From Podarcis melisellensis (Eukaryota), in NCBI GenBank assembly GCA_964234715.1, contig OZ174281.1: 64,000 nt of DNA; one strand, 5' to 3'. The notes below the pieces were generated by a model. That model saw only the letters and a program-made list of their open reading frames with translations, was not told where the DNA came from and did no database searches. How positions within the stretch are numbered: the stretch's first letter is position 1; each line of letters starts with the position of its first letter. This document shows positions 34,681 through 49,213 of this stretch, piece after piece. A program made the position numbers and the translations under genes.

Positions 34681-37304
34681 AAAAGCACATAGTGGGGGTA
34701 ATTACCTTCAGACAGAAATGGCGGGGGGGGGGGGGGAGGAATATAATTTGAAGAAAAAGAAGTTTATCAATAAGCCATGCTTTGGTTTCTGCAGGGCAGT
34801 TCATGCCATTTTTAAAATTTACAGTATAATCAGCCTGGATACAAACTGAAGTCTGCTGAATGTGGGAAAACAAAGCTTCCGCTCTCCCCATTACCTCTTC
34901 CAGCCTGAAGACCAAAGCCACAAGAACACTGCCACTTCCTGTCTTGCGAAAACATCTCTTTCAGCTCCTGCCTTAATTATTTTAAGTACAGTGATCGAAT
35001 GCTGCCTGATGGGAAGTCACCAACAACAAAACACACTTTATCTTAAACATTTGTACTTCAGAAACAAGACAATTTGAAGAGCGCTTTGCAAAAAGCAAAG
35101 AGAAAGGGGGCAAAATTTATTTGTCAATATTCCCCCTCTTTAAGGTAATTGTACCCCTGCTTGTACCCATGTTTTTAATAGACTTTCTAAGCCTGTTTCA
35201 AGTGTTCATGTAAAGAAAGGCTGAAAAGAAGCAGGTTGATGGCACAAGAAGGGAATCATAAATGCAGCTGGGTTATTTTAAAGGAAGCTACAGTTCAGTT
35301 TGTCCATTGCTTCTTTTGTTGGCAGAGCTGGCTAATTAAGGGAAGGTGTTCAGCGCACAGGTTTTATTCAAAACATCCACACTGGCTACATAATGCCTAT
35401 ACTGTATAGTACAAGGGAATTATTTTCCTGCAAAGAGCTGTTCACCCACAGGTAAAGTCGAAGGGGAGGGTGCACAACTGACAGTTGCTGCATGGTTGTG
35501 AAATTGCATAGCTCTTTCTCTTTCTGTGCCACTCCATCCCTCCCCTCCCTCTCTCTTACACACACAAAATGCAAGAAGCAATTCCCAGAGGGGTGGTCCA
35601 TAGAGCAGGAGTGGGCCCACAGAGCTGGAAAATGCTGCAGGCCATACACAGTTACTTTAAGGGTCTTTGGACTGAGGACACCTCAATGCACCTTAACTTC
35701 ACTAAACCACCTCTCCAAGTAATAATATGAGTATTTCAAATCATACAGCTGCAACAATTTCATAACCAACCCCCCCTCCCCCCGCTTTGCAGGTCAGGAT
35801 GATTTTACTTCTTTCTCACATAGGGTGGCTGAAGGTGGATGCTCAGCACTTATTATAAGAACCTGCCAGAACCCTTTCGAGTGAAGTGACAATGTGATTG
35901 CACCAAAGACAACAGATAGTAACTAAAAACACAGAGCGAAAGACAGACAGACAGACAGACAGACAGACAGGTTTCTGCAGCTGCAGCTAAGGTAGGTGGG
36001 GTTGTTTGTAAAATCTCACTGGAAAGTTGTCCTGACTGCTACATGCAGCTAAAAAGAAGGAGAAATCCTATGTCAAAGTATTATTATTATTATTGTTATT
36101 ATTATTATTACCACCCCACCTATCTGGCTGGGTTTCCCCAACCACTCTGGGCAGCTTACGGTACTGTACATATGAAAACATAGTAAAAAAGCATAGTAGG
36201 TATGCCAGGAAAAGGTTCACAGAACGGTAACATTAATTGAATGAAATCACGTTATATGTTAGAAGGAATTAATTCTGTGCCTCATCTACATGTTCAGCAC
36301 TCTACTCTGGGTATTTCCTTCCCAATATCCCAATAAAGTATTACCTGGTTCTGAAAATTGACTCTGGAAAAACACAAAAACCAATACATGCTGCTTAAGA
36401 TGTGTTTTAGGATGTGTTGAAACACTAGCAAAACCAGTCACTGGCTCATATTTCAAGGGAAATGGCAAGAGAGAAATGAAACAGTTAAAATGAAACCAGC
36501 ACATCTGAATCACTTTATTTGCAAACCTAAATATCAATAGTACAGTCAGCAGCATCTAATCACCACACAGAACCTCCCCTTCTTCAGCAGCAAAATTATC
36601 CAAGGACTTTTGTAAAGCTCCAAATCAAATATGCCATTAATTCCTCCCTCCACGCCTTTTGCTGTTTTCCTTAGCAGGGATAAATAGGAGACTCTTCCAA
36701 GTTTCCCAAAAGAATATATGTGCTTTGAGGGTGTGTGTGTGTGTGTCTATGTTGGCTTCTATTGGGAAAAGAGCAAAGACAACAAAAATAAAAAAACTCA
36801 GTTTTGAATCCTCAGTGGCTGAACCATGTGGGGAGATCTTCTTATATATGAGACATAAAATCATGCAGCTTAGAGGTCAAATTAAAAAAACAAAAACATA
36901 CTTTATATTTAGCAATGTTCCTAAACGCTGATCCAAAGAACACTCTGAGTTTATAGCTGTTATATGAGACACAGCCAAATCCTGTTACAGCCCTGAAATG
37001 ATGGGGACAAAATTGTACCTACCAAAATTTTCACTAACCATGAACTTCAGTAGCAATAAAAACTTCCGGGAAATGTAAGAAATTATCTCTAAATTATTTC
37101 CATTTGTTATCCAGTTAGCACTATGCTTGAAATCAGACTCTCTCTTACCTTTGCCTTCTCGGTACTCTGTTCCCGTTTTCCAACATGGTTCCCCATGGTG
37201 CTCCTCAAATTTCTTCCAGAACTACAGACAAAAACAGTAAAAAAAGTTACGTTATTCCAAAATCAGCCAGTCAACTATAGTCTCTTTAACTCTACGTACG
37301 CTAA

Positions 37305-37445
37305 GGAAGGGGTACCCAATGTGGTGCCCTCCAGATGCTGCTGAACTCCAATTCCCATTAGTCTGAACCAGCATGGCCAAATGTCAGGGATGATGGGAGT
37401 TGTAGTCCAACAACATATGCAGAGCACCACATTGACTACTTCTGC
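37305..37445. mobile_element. Small palindromic hAT-Charlie (URR1-like) MITE; degenerate relatives at about 8710-8830, 20280-20360, 32760-32855, 47045-47180, 56300-56405 and 63075-63200
   Basis: GTGGTGCCCTCCAGATGCTGCTGAACTCCAATTCCCAT...ATGGGAGTTGTAGTCCAACAACAT..GCAGAGCACCAC internal dyad. Confidence 0.7.
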
Positions 37446-38617
37446 ACTACTGACCAGAGGGGCTGCAACCCTGTATCTAATCCTGTGTGGGGCTCACAAT
37501 TTGTTTATGCCAGTTTTGTGGTTATCCATGTCCTCCTTTTTTTGGTGATGCAACCTGTGTTTCTGCAGAATGCTGTTGGAATCATACTCCCATCAGCCTC
37601 AGCCAGCATGATCAAATGATCAGGCATGGTAGGGGCAATATCCGGACTACAGGGTTCACTGTGTGGCAGGCTTAGCCCAATGCATAGAAAGTTCTTGATT
37701 GTTTTAAGCTGTTGTCACACTGACTCACTAGGCAGCCTGATCCTAAACAGCTGGAGGAGTGAATTGTTGTACATCAAATATTAAGTCTGCGCATGCTATC
37801 AAGCTACAAATTACCCGGAAGCATTAGTGAATTCTCCAAATTCAAGTCATCCTCAGAATCTGCCTGCTAAATGCTGGTGTGGTTGATTAATATAATTTAC
37901 CCAGTAATAAGCCACAAACCACTTCTGGGAGTTGGCAGACAAGAAGAAATAAAGATCAATCAACGGCAGTTAACTCCCATTCTTTATAGTATACAGAAAC
38001 ACTATTAAAACATCAATACCTTGAAAGCAAGTTGGCTGTGCACGATGAATCGTGCAGGCTCTGCTGACATTTAACTACTTCCAGGAAGATTTTTAAAGGC
38101 TCTGCTCCCCACAGTGACCAAAAAAGAATGCTGATTCTCTGAAGTGGAACAGAAACCAGAGAGAATCCAGAGAAAAAAGTCAGTTGGCACGTCTTTCCGA
38201 GTGGGTGAGAGGGAAGCAGGGATAGAAAGGTATGCCACTTGGAAAGACAGGGAGAACAAAGCAGGCTGCAAAAACAAGGCAAGGAGAACCCAATGTTTGT
38301 TCTTTCAGTGGGAGAATCCATTGAAATCACATGAGAAAAATTGCCATGATTCTTGTACTGCCAACTTCTTTCAGATTAGTAATATTTTAATAGCACTTCT
38401 GCATGCTATAAGAGTGGGAGTTAACTGCTCTTTATTGATCCTTATTTCATATTGTCTGCCAACGTCTAGAAGAGATTCCCACCACCACCAATTTGTGCAA
38501 TTTGAGCAACAACATTTAGGTTTTGCTACAGCTTAGTAGTCAACTGTGTGAGCCCAGAAGATTCTGGTTCACATCTCAGGTAACCAGTTGGCCTTCAACA
38601 AGCTAAACTACCTGAAC

Positions 38618-38850
38618 CAGTGTAGTGTAGTGGTTAGAGTGTCATACCAGGACCTGGGAGACCAGGGTCCAATTCCCGCCTCAGTCATGAATCTTACTGG
38701 GTGACCATGGGCCAGTCATTGCCTCTCAGCCTAACCCACCTCATAGGGTTGCTTGTAGGGATTAAATGAGGAAGGGGAGAGATCCTTGAGTTTACACCAC
38801 CTTGGGCTCCTTGGAGAAAAAAGTAGGATGTAAATGCAATTAAAAATAAT
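38618..38850 (+). mobile_element. tRNA/CORE(MIR)-like SINE; a further minus-strand copy lies at about 55590-55765
   Basis: CAGTGTAGTGTAGTGGTTAGAGTG head; CTGGGTGACCATGGGCCAGTCA core. Confidence 0.75.
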
Positions 38851-39040
38851 ATAAACCCACATCAATTTATATGAGAATAATTATATTGGCCTTCCTTAAT
38901 ACTGCCTCTGGATTAATGGTTACTGAGATCATGTAAATCAGAGGTAGCTGACAGTGCACTTTAGATTCTGTAGGACTGCAAACACTCATCATTTCTGAAC
39001 ATTGGTTGGCCATTGTGGCTGGCTATTCCTAATAAATGTA

Positions 39041-39266
39041 CAGTGGTACCTCGGGTTAAGTACTTAATTCGTTCTGGAGGTCCGTTCTTAACCTGAAACT
39101 GTTCTTAACCTGAAGCACCACTTTAGCTAATGGGGCCTCCTGCTGCCGCCGCACCACCAGAGCATGATTTCTGTTCTCATCCTGAAGCAAAGTTCTTAAC
39201 CCAAGGTAATATTTCTGGGTTAGCGGAGTCTGTAACCTGAAGCGTATGGAACCCGAGGTACCACTG
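39041..39266 (-). mobile_element. Tigger-like MITE, family A
   Basis: Reverse complement of 2963-3204, with TA flanks. Confidence 0.9.
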
Positions 39267-39420
39267 TATTCCACTTTATGACATTAACTGCAGAGCTGCT
39301 CACTTCTCCAAATAATTGAGGGGGCCAGATGCGACGCCAAAGGAATTAATTTTTTTAGTGGTGTCACTCATTTGCCCTGCTGTACACATGCTGTACATAT
39401 GTACATATGCTGTACATATG

Positions 39421-39486
39421 CTGGCATGCTCTGGTCCATGGGGTCACAAAGAGTTGGACACGACTAATCGACTAAACAACAACAAC
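39421..39486 (+). mobile_element. Very short BovB 3' end
   Basis: Matches 18589-18649; flanked by ACATATGC repeats. Confidence 0.8.
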
Positions 39487-39806
39487 ATATGCCTGTTTTT
39501 CCTGACAGTTTACAGAAGAAGAATGAGTGTTGCTGTACACAGGTATAAACAGAAGAGAGGAGAAAGATATTTCTGAAGTAATTTCCCGCTTGGCTTGTTT
39601 GAAACCAGTTTGACCAGCCTGGACATGCTCAGTTCATTGCACAAGACAGCCGTAGCCACAGGAATGGTGGCAGACCCTACCATGAAGCTAGCATGAAAGA
39701 AACATCTTTCCCAAAAAGTATTTATTAAACTTATTAATCACCTGTCACCTGACAATATGTCACCATATGTGTATGTGGTTGCGTGTTTGTGTGTGTGTGT
39801 GATATA

Positions 39807-40312
39807 TAGTAGTACCTTGGTTCTCAAATGCCTTGGTACTCAAACAACTTGGAACCCAAACACTGTAAACCCGGAAGTAAGTGTTCCGGTTTGCGAACTT
39901 TTATTGGAAGCCAAACGTGCTCCATTTTGAGTCTTATGCTTCTGATTTGAGTGCCACACATCGATTTTGAGTGTTACACTGAGTTCGGTCTGTTTTTGCT
40001 ATTTATTTTGCGTTTTTGTTTTTGCAGCTCTTTTTGTTTTGTTTTTTGTGACTGTGTGGAACCCAGTTCAGCTACTGATTGATTGACTGTATGACTGCAG
40101 TACATTGTTTATTGCTTTCATTTTCATTTTCAATGGTCTCGTTAGACAGTGAAATTCATGTTAAATTGCTGTTTTAGGGGTTGTTTTAATCCTGGAACGG
40201 ATTAATCCGCTTTGCATTACTTTCTATGGAAAAGCACACCTTGGTTTTGGAAAGCTTTGGTTTTGGAAAGGACTTCTGGAACGGATTAAGTTTGAGAACC
40301 AAAGTACCACTG
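39807..40312. mobile_element. Tigger-like MITE, family B
   Basis: TIR (C>T)AGTAGTACCTTGGTTCTCAAA / TTTGAGAACCAAAGTACCACTG, with TA flanks. Confidence 0.85.
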
Positions 40313-41263
40313 TACATAATACCATAAGGGAAGGGGGATAGGAGTATGTGTCAAATAATACATCAATATGTCATCTAACATAACATTTATGAGAGAGAAA
40401 AAACAATGCACCCACCACATAGATAATAACAAGCAACATTAGCTTAAGTATGCAATATATTTCATATTCCTAAGGAGTAGCTGAGTTACTCTGTTGCAGA
40501 TGACAACAACTCTAAAGGTTGGTTCAAACATCTGCATGCTCCTCACATCAGATGAATTTGCCACTTTTGAGGCCTCATCGGTGACTGAGATGACTCCATT
40601 GAAAAGGACTGCATTTGAGGTGACATGAGTCGATATGAAAGTTTGATTGATGGTTTTTGATCCTGAATGCCCACTCACACATGGACATGCAAGGCACCAC
40701 TTGGTGTTGTAGCCACCATGTGATAAACATACATCTGTCAACCACAAAAATGAGTTTTATGAAGCGCTAAAAATCAAATTATTCCAGTGTGTCCTTCAAA
40801 GCAGGCCCATGCTGAAATCCATTACGAGAAAATGAAATGTACTTACTGTTTTATTGCAGCATGAGCATGCAGCACTAAATTAGCAAACATATATCATTAG
40901 CATTTAAGGTTTTTTGTTGTTGTTAATCCAACAAATATAATCAGGTTGTTCTCCACACACTTTGCAGATGTTCCAGCTGTCATTTCAAATGGATGTCTTT
41001 ACTAACACTTTCCAAACCACAAATAATTCATATGATTGCACGATACTTTTAGAGAAGCATCTCTCATGTTTCCCAGACAGTTTTGAAAATATCTACAGAA
41101 CAAATTACAGAGCAAAACTGAGAAAGTTATATATTCCTATTACAGCATGACCATTCTTTCCTTTAGCATGTGCTAACTGGAAAGTCACCGTCCTTCAGTC
41201 TAAGCTACCCTACTTGCTTGTTAAAAAGTGATGGCTGCACCCAGGGTTGTTATGAAGCCAATA

Positions 41264-41506
41264 CAGTGGTACCTCAGGTTACATATGCTTCAGGTTACAT
41301 ACGCTTCAGGTTACAAACTCCGCTAAACCCAGAAATAGTGCTTCAGGTTAAGAACTTTGGTTCAGGATGAGAACAGAAATCAGGCTCCGGCGGCACGGTG
41401 ACAGCAGGAGGCCCCATTAGTTAAAGTGGTGCTTCAGGTTAAGAACAGTTTCAGGTTAAATATGGACCTCCGAAATGAATTAATTACTTAACCCGAGGTA
41501 CCACTG
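41264..41506 (+). mobile_element. Tigger-like MITE, family A
   Basis: Near-identical to 2963-3204. Confidence 0.9.
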
Positions 41507-41508
41507 TA

Positions 41509-41904
41509 CAGTGGAACCTCATGTTGCGGACAGGATCCATTCTGGAGGCCTGTCCATAACACGGAACTGATGCAAGCCAAAGTACCGCGTCTGCGCATGG
41601 TGCAATTTAGCGCTTCTGAGCATGCACAAGCTGCGAAACTCAGAAGTAACCCATTCCAGTACTACCAGGTTGCTGCGGGACACAACACGAAAACACGTAA
41701 CCTGAAGTGGACACAACATGAGGTATGACTGTAATGTACTCTGCTTACCTGGGAAGACTGGCAGAGAAAGAGTGGGGGGGGAGTGCACTGCCCCCGGCAG
41801 TGCGATCCCAGCAGGGTGCCATCATGACTGTCCCCTGCCCGGGCTGGGTGCCACACCCCTACAGGCGGCATAACCTGAAGCGTATTTATCCTGAGGTATC
41901 ACTG
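41509..41904. mobile_element. Tigger-like MITE, family C, with a GC-rich insert (about 41730-41870)
   Basis: TIR CAGTGGAACCTCA / TGAGGTATCACTG; shares the TA at 41507-41508 with the preceding MITE. Confidence 0.75.
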
Positions 41905-44900
41905 TATAGGATTAGCCCGGTACAATGCAATTCCAGCCTAGAACCATATTTGGCCTAGAACCATCCCCATATTTGGGGATGCAAAGATGCGTTTTCATTA
42001 TTGAATTTTTTTCATTCTTGCCTTGGAAAATATCCAGTCTTTAATTACTTGTTATAAACACTGTCCATTCATCAATTAGCCAAGTCTATCTTTGCTAGTT
42101 ACTCATCTCTGAGCTGGTAGGCAATTAAAATGTTTTTTTTTAAAGTTATTTTCTCATACTGCTATTACATGGCAGCGTATGATATTTCTCATGGAATAAT
42201 AATTACACAGAATGGTATTTTTTAATTGGCTTTTACAAAAAAAGAAGAAGAAGTGTCAGTAGAACTAACCACACGAGTTCCTGTTTGCCGCATTGCATGA
42301 AAACATTTAATTGCCTGGTGTCTATGCAAAGTCACACCTCCTTGGTGCACTTCCTTTTACAGAGTGTGATTCAGACAAACCACTTCATTCCATCTGCCTG
42401 ATGCTAAAATCATGTGGAACAAGATGTTTTGATGGAAGCCTTTGAAATACAAAATGTAGATCTTTCTCAAATGTGCATTTAACCTGCGAATATATAAAGC
42501 CTCTGAGGAAAAGTGTGAAGAGTCTCCTGTATTAATTAAGCGAAGCTGAAAACATATTTGGTTGTTATGTAGCTGCGAATTTTTAGCCAGTGCTGTCAAA
42601 AGGACTGAAGTCTTATAATGATCAAATGACAAAGATAAAATAGGTGTCTAATATATAAAGCCCGCTGACACTTAATGGATTTAGTTTTGGCTCTGGAGAG
42701 CCTGCCCAAATAAAGAGACCTTAAATGCTGCTGAAAGACAGAAGGCTACAGCTGAAAGGGGCTTCAATAGTTATCGAGCTGAATCCCAATCCATTGCAGG
42801 AAATCTGCTGCTATAACATCCCTGATAAAAGACATGGGAGAATGGGGAAGAGTTCTATTTTGAAGGACAGTCAGTGGGAACAAGTGTCAGGGCTTGGCAC
42901 ACAGGTTGCATCTGAACTGATAGAAGCATGGAAGGATGCAGTCTTCAAATTATTAAGGAACCATTACAGCCCCAGTGTAGAGCTCCATATGTGCTTTAAG
43001 CATGCAGATGATGGGCTAAGTATATTGAAGTTTATGGTGAAGCAGCAGCTTAGGCACATATGGTTGGAGCTGTCTCTTAAGTGAGCGTCCTCATTCACTT
43101 CAGTCAAGCTTACACCTCCATAATTTTAAAAGCTCTTCTCCGTAGCAGAGAAGATCCATGTAGACAGCAGAGCTTTTACACCTGCAAGGAACTGTAATGC
43201 AAGGACACATAAAGAGTAAGAGATTGAATCATTTTTTAATCTAGAACTGGCCTATGCAAGATCACTTTTCCAGCTGCTGTTACTGCTGTTATAAAGCATC
43301 AATGAATCTCCAGATTCAGGGAGCAGCTATAAGACTGGGAAACCAAAATCAATTAAATAGCCTTCAGATCCTTTCCTTTCTGTGTGTGTGTGATCTTGAT
43401 TTCTTGTTAGGTTTGTAGTGACAGGGAATATAATGAACAATAAAATGGATGCATTTCTTCCAAGTGCACATTTGTATGCATACTGATTTTGAAACAGGAA
43501 TGGGAAACATTCCACAAAACTATTGCCACTTCCCCATTTTGAACAAAACTGCTCGGTAAACTGTTCTGTACACAGTTATTTTTAGAAAAGTGAGAAAGGG
43601 CACATAATTTGGAAAGAGTACATAATTTTAAGACGTTATCTCTATTAAATACTTTCACAAGAACAGCAGGGATCCAGATATCAGCGATAGCTGTAGACAG
43701 AAATTGTCGTTGTAATGTTTCTTTTGCACAATCTTCTTTGCAAGCTTATATTTTTGCTTTAAAAAATAGCTGGTTGGAGTCTAGACAGCTCCTTCAGACA
43801 TGCATTAGGGCTCATTTTCCATTTGAGCTTTTCCTTTGAAAATCAGTTTGCCTTCACAGAATAGTTCTGTGCTGTGGCATCAGGAAACAGGGTTTTCCAA
43901 TATGGAAGGGGAACTATTTTGGGGGTTGCGTTTAGAATAATATGAAGTTTCACCCTGACTCTCAAGAAAGCATGCATGGGAATAGTTAAGATTACTGGGA
44001 TTCTGAGAGAGCTGAAGTCCTTTCTCAGCATGACTACTGTAATTCTGTTATTTAATTTCAAATTTACTTGAGGGGATGGAAATATTAATTTATTCCAACA
44101 AATTTACTAATTTACACTGGGAAATATTGCAAAATGTGGTACCAATTGCAAGGGTTTATGTTCAAACAATAAAGGCAGATAGGGCATCATAAACATTTAG
44201 GACCAGGATATTACTCTGAACCAACGACAGCAGAGAGAAAAAGTAACATTAAAATGACATTAAAAAAAAAAAGATTTCAAAACAGTCCATTGGCCTATGT
44301 CCAAGCTTGTTTTCTTAAAAACAGCTCCTGGGCACCAAATGATAAATATTTGATTCTCAGCAGCAGGGAGTCTGCAAATGAGTAAAACAAATTAAGCAAG
44401 CAATTGAGCTGAAGAAAATAGGTCATTATTATCCCCATGAATCTGAGGAACATGCCTTTAAGATGCCTAATACTGCTGTACCCGAGGACAGCAGATCTGC
44501 ACCTGACCCAAACGGCATGTGTTGACACAAAAACATGTGCTCAGCGGAGTGTGTGACCTTATGCAATCTGTAACTAGAATACAAAAAGCAGCCATGTGAA
44601 GATTATGCATTCTGGTTTTGTTTTTTTTAAGCACAACATGTCAAGGCTGACGTTAAGCCAGAGCTCTTGAGGATCACTCCGTGTATGCCAGCTGGCACAA
44701 CTAGTCCACATTGTTCCCCATCTGGATCCTGCAATTTCCTGCCACAGCCTCTCCTGCTGTCCATTTGCCACTTTCTGTAATTTACGAAGGCTGGTGCAGC
44801 TTTCCTCCTGACTATTTCAGGAACAGTGAGTGGGATTAAGGGCTCAGAAGCAGATTTGTTTATCTTTTCAGGGTGAGTTGGGCTTGGTTTTGTGAATACG

Positions 44901-45611
44901 GTTTTTTAATTAAAAACAGGTTTCTCAGTCACTTTTGCCTCAGCATAACCCACCTCACAGGGCTGTTGAGAGGATAAAAGGAACGCCCATAAGATCCTGA
45001 AAAAAGAGGTGTAAGCACATTGCAATCAATTGACCAATTACAAGGCCTGCTGGAGCATCTGTCCAGCATCCTGTTTTGACAGTGGCCAACCAGGTGTCTG
45101 TGGGAAGCATGGAAGCAGGATATGAGTGCAACAGCACTAGCTCTTGTGGGAACAGCTTCCATAGTTGACCTGTGAACTGTGTGAAGAAGTACTTTCTTCT
45201 TTTCTAGAAACATCTTCTTTTTTCCTTACTGAAATCTAAGCCCTAGAATCGTAAGAGAGAAACATGAGCAAGAGGCAATCCTATCACGCTTGCTCAATCA
45301 TCCTACACAAAGCTCACAACAATGCGCCACAAATACACCACAAAACGAGTTTTCTGAGCAAAGAGCTGCAGATGGCTCAAGCAAGTGAGCCAAGCCCAGT
45401 TTGTTGCAGGCAAAAAATAAAACAAAATAAAATCCCATTGTTTGCAGATAATTTGATCTGGGCGTAATTTATTTTGAAGCATGAGATGCTTATATTTCTA
45501 CATGTCTCTGTCCCAAGATAAAATGGTGCAGCGTGTAGTTTGGTCTGTATAATTCCCATGGGGGAAATAGACAATTCCTTCAAGAATCAGCTGAAGCCAC
45601 ACAGAAACTCA

Positions 45612-45875
45612 GGCCCCATCTTCACTATACATTTAAAGCAGTATCATACCACTTTAAACAGTTGTTGCTTCCCCCAACAAATCCTGGGAGCTGTAGTTCG
45701 TTAATGGTGATGAGAGTTATTAGAAGACTCCCATTTCCCTGCCCAGAACTGCTCAGAGTGTTTTAACAGTCAATCCCTCATCCCAGTGAACTCTGGGAAT
45801 AGTAGTTTGGAGAAGGAAGCCATGACTGTATGGAACGGTATGATACTACTTTAAATGTATCATACAGATGGGGCC
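45612..45875. mobile_element. Palindromic MITE, probably PIF/Harbinger
   Basis: Long TIR GGCCCCATCT..ACTATACATTTAAAGCAGTATCATACC / GGTATGATACTACTTTAAATGTAT...AGATGGGGCC. A partial relative lies at about 4080-4210. Confidence 0.7.
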
Positions 45876-45930
45876 TCTAAAGAACAAAGTTATCTAGCCC
45901 AAGAGAGTCCTTAGCTAGCAGCGGCTTTTC

Positions 45931-46004
<74 letters not shown>
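45931..46004. repeat. (GAAA)n microsatellite; another lies at 49158-49210
   Basis: Read directly from the sequence. Confidence 0.95.
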
Positions 46005-46006
<2 letters not shown>

Positions 46007-48069
46007 CACAAAGACAGGGAATAAAAACACAAAGGGCCTGCAGAACTGTGGACAGCTCCTAAGAAACAAACATCTTCCAGTGATCTCCTGGGCAATACTG
46101 AGTGTGACATAGCAGGACAAAAACTCTGAAGACTGCTGTCCTCGATAAGGAGAGGATTTCTTAAAGGTGTGGCGGTTTGCCCTGAAGCCCAGTGCTTCTT
46201 CAACTTTCTGTCATCTCTTCAGGGGGACGGCCTAGCTTAAGGTGAGGGCTCAGGCACTGGTAAAGTGGATTGTCAGAGGGCCTGAGTTGCCAGTTCTTTG
46301 TTCCATGAAGGAGTCTGTATTCAGCACATCCCAGGACTGGGCCTCAAGCATTTGGGGGATATGAAGTCCCTCCAATACAATCCCATCACTTTAAACGATG
46401 AAGGCATTATTCAAGGACAGAGACTGTACTATACCATTTTCTCAGTTTTGTTGACCATCATGGCAGTCCTCAGCTTGTTTACTCAGGACAGAAGCAAATC
46501 CCATAGGCATCTGGTTGGCTATGTGGGAAAAGAATATTGGAATAGATGGGTTTTTGGACAGATCCAGCAGTTTGTGGATCTTACATTCTGAAGCCTGTGG
46601 GATTTGAACTCAGGGGAGTGAGCACAGAATGGTAGCCTGCCCAGGCCACGGATCAGGGTCAGGATACTAAGAAACAAAGCCTTACAAATTTTCTGCTCCA
46701 AATTTGTGCATACCTACTTGAAGATCCCGAACAATTAGAGAGATATTTTTAGCAATTAATATCATACAGCCCCTTTGAATCTGCTGGGATTCACTACTCA
46801 TCTTGAGCAGGAAATGAATACATTATATTTGTCTGATTCTTTTAGGAAGCATTTTAAGTAGGCAGAACATAATTATCAGCTTGGAATTTAGACAAGTCAC
46901 TATATTAACACCTCTCAGACTGTGCAGGTATATTAAATACACCCGTGCTCTGCTCTGTTTTCAAATTAAAAGATAAATGCTGCTCAGACTTTGTACCTTG
47001 ATATGGCCTTTATCTACTCACATGTTTAACATTTCATAAATCTGAGATGGGGAAACTTTGGCCACCTCAGATATTGTTGGACTACAAGTCCCATTTCCCC
47101 TAATTATTGGACATGCTGGTTGGAACTGATGGCAGAAGGAATATAACAATATCTGAAAGGCCACAGGTTCCCTATTCTTGTGTATGTGTGTATCAAAGCC
47201 AAAGAACATAACAAAATACTCCCAGCTTCATCACTAAAAAATATATCTCTAAAAACACACACACACACTGAGAGAGAATACAATTTGTAGTAACACAACA
47301 GACATTTACAAACAGCTTATCCTGTCTCAGAGAGGAATTTTGCACTGGTGCCATATTTGAGAAAATAAAACCTCATGATTCAGATCATGTTTTCTTCGCA
47401 GTGTTGATAGGATGATAAAACTGCATTCACCACATTCATGGATTTCAAAACCCAGCCTATAATGGAAAGACTAAATTAAACACCTACAAAAAAAAAAAAA
47501 TTAAACACCTACACTATAACTCAGTCTTATGAGGAGGGAGCTCTAGTACACCACAATCACAAACTGAAATTAGTCTCATGAATTTATTTCATTTCTTGCC
47601 TACCCTTCTCTAGGCACAAGGTAGCATATGTGGAATTTCCACGTCTTCCCTCAAGACACTGACCACATTGAGGCCAGCTTAGATTTAGTAAGTTCCACTG
47701 CACCATGTGCCTTCACCCCATGCTCTGAGCCCAAGTATATCAACAAATACAGCAATTCTGTTCCCACTCACCTGGGCATAAGCCCTGTTGAACTGGATTT
47801 ATGATCGAATGGATATACATATATAGGATTGTGCTGCAAAATGGTAAAAATTCCCAGCCTGAGAAGGGAAGGAGGGACAGAGATCTAAACGAACATACGT
47901 TTGCAAAAGTCAAATGCATCCTAGAAAGTATTGTGTCAGACAGTAGAGAACAAACACCAACAATCCAAATGGGACTCCGTATCAAATGACAGAAACAAAC
48001 AGTGAATTTTCACTGAAATTCTTGCTTCTAATGGCATTCCCTTAGGCTAGATCCTTACATTCTTCTGCT

Positions 48070-48300
48070 GATGAGAACATAAGAAGAACCCTACCAGATC
48101 ACAAGAACATAAGACAATCCTGCTGGGTCAAGCCAAGGGCCCAGCTGGTCAAGCATCCTGTTCCCAACCAGATCTTTATGCAAGTTCAGCGCCAATCTAC
48201 CCACTTGTAAATCCCAGTAACTGCTATTCAGAGGCATATTGCCTCCAACAGTGAAGGTAAGCAGAGATATCATGAAAGCAGCCACTGAAAGTCTCATCCT
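48070..48300 (-). mobile_element. CR1 3'UTR fragment
   Basis: AAGAACATAAGA..ATCCTGCTGG.TCA..CCAA.GGCCCA matches 33779-33960. Confidence 0.7.
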
Positions 48301-48747
48301 CCATGGAGCCACAGCAAAGTTTTTCCTGCCCATGTTGCTATGAAACATAAGAAACTTGAACCATCCTGGAAGAACCAAATTATGACTTTTCCCCACATCA
48401 CTATTTCTCCAGTTTTCCAAGAGTTGATGTTGGGAGGGGCCACAGCCTTTCACCTGATTTGGGGCGTCTTACATCACACTGCCAACATGCATGGAAGACC
48501 TGCTCTATAGCTTTGAGTGCCTTTGCTTGGCTGGGATCTGTCCTCAAACTAGGATAACACCCATTGTTTGTCTGGGTAGCGGATAGATGTGTGTGTGGAT
48601 AGCTTTGACTTATGCATGTCTGGAATGTAGCTTACTATAGAAAAGTAGGAGTCACAACCACTGCTCCAGTACTTTTGCCGCTGGTGCTGCCCATCCCTGA
48701 CATACGGCGCCCCCAAAGGTTGCTCTCGATGCAATGTGGCCCCTGAC

Positions 48748-49018
48748 CCGTGGCATAGGAAGGGGGGTATGGTGGGTGCGGGCCGCCCTGGGTGTCATCA
48801 CTGAGGGTGGTGACCGCGGGGCCTGGCCTGCAAGCGTGCCTTATCCACATGTCTCGCCTGAGAAGTGATGCCTGCAGGCTCCATGCTGCCCGAAACGGCA
48901 ACATGGGGCTTGCAGACTATGGAAGTTCTGCACAGTGTGCTCTGCCTCAGCTTGCCCTGCTCCCGGGTGCAGGGCATTTGCGCTGCCCCGGGTGCCCAAG
49001 CAGCTAGCTATGCTGCTG
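48748..49018. mobile_element. hAT MITE, GC-rich
   Basis: TIR-like CCGTGGCATAG / CTATGCTGCTG; TSD-like CCCCTGAC / CCCCTGCT. Confidence 0.65.
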
Positions 49019-49156
49019 CCCCTGCTCAAGACAAACCAGGCCTTTTCGGAACATTGCAAATCCTTTGAAACCCCAACACGGCAGAATTGTAGAAATAAAG
49101 AAATGCATGTTACCCTGCGGCATTAGCATAATATATCCTGAATGCAGAAGTTGGCT

Positions 49157-49213
<57 letters not shown>

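Noticed and set aside
42725-43084. 119-aa plus-strand ORF in unique-looking DNA
   Set aside because: No recognisable motif or convincing splice context; the length is within chance expectation for 64 kb.
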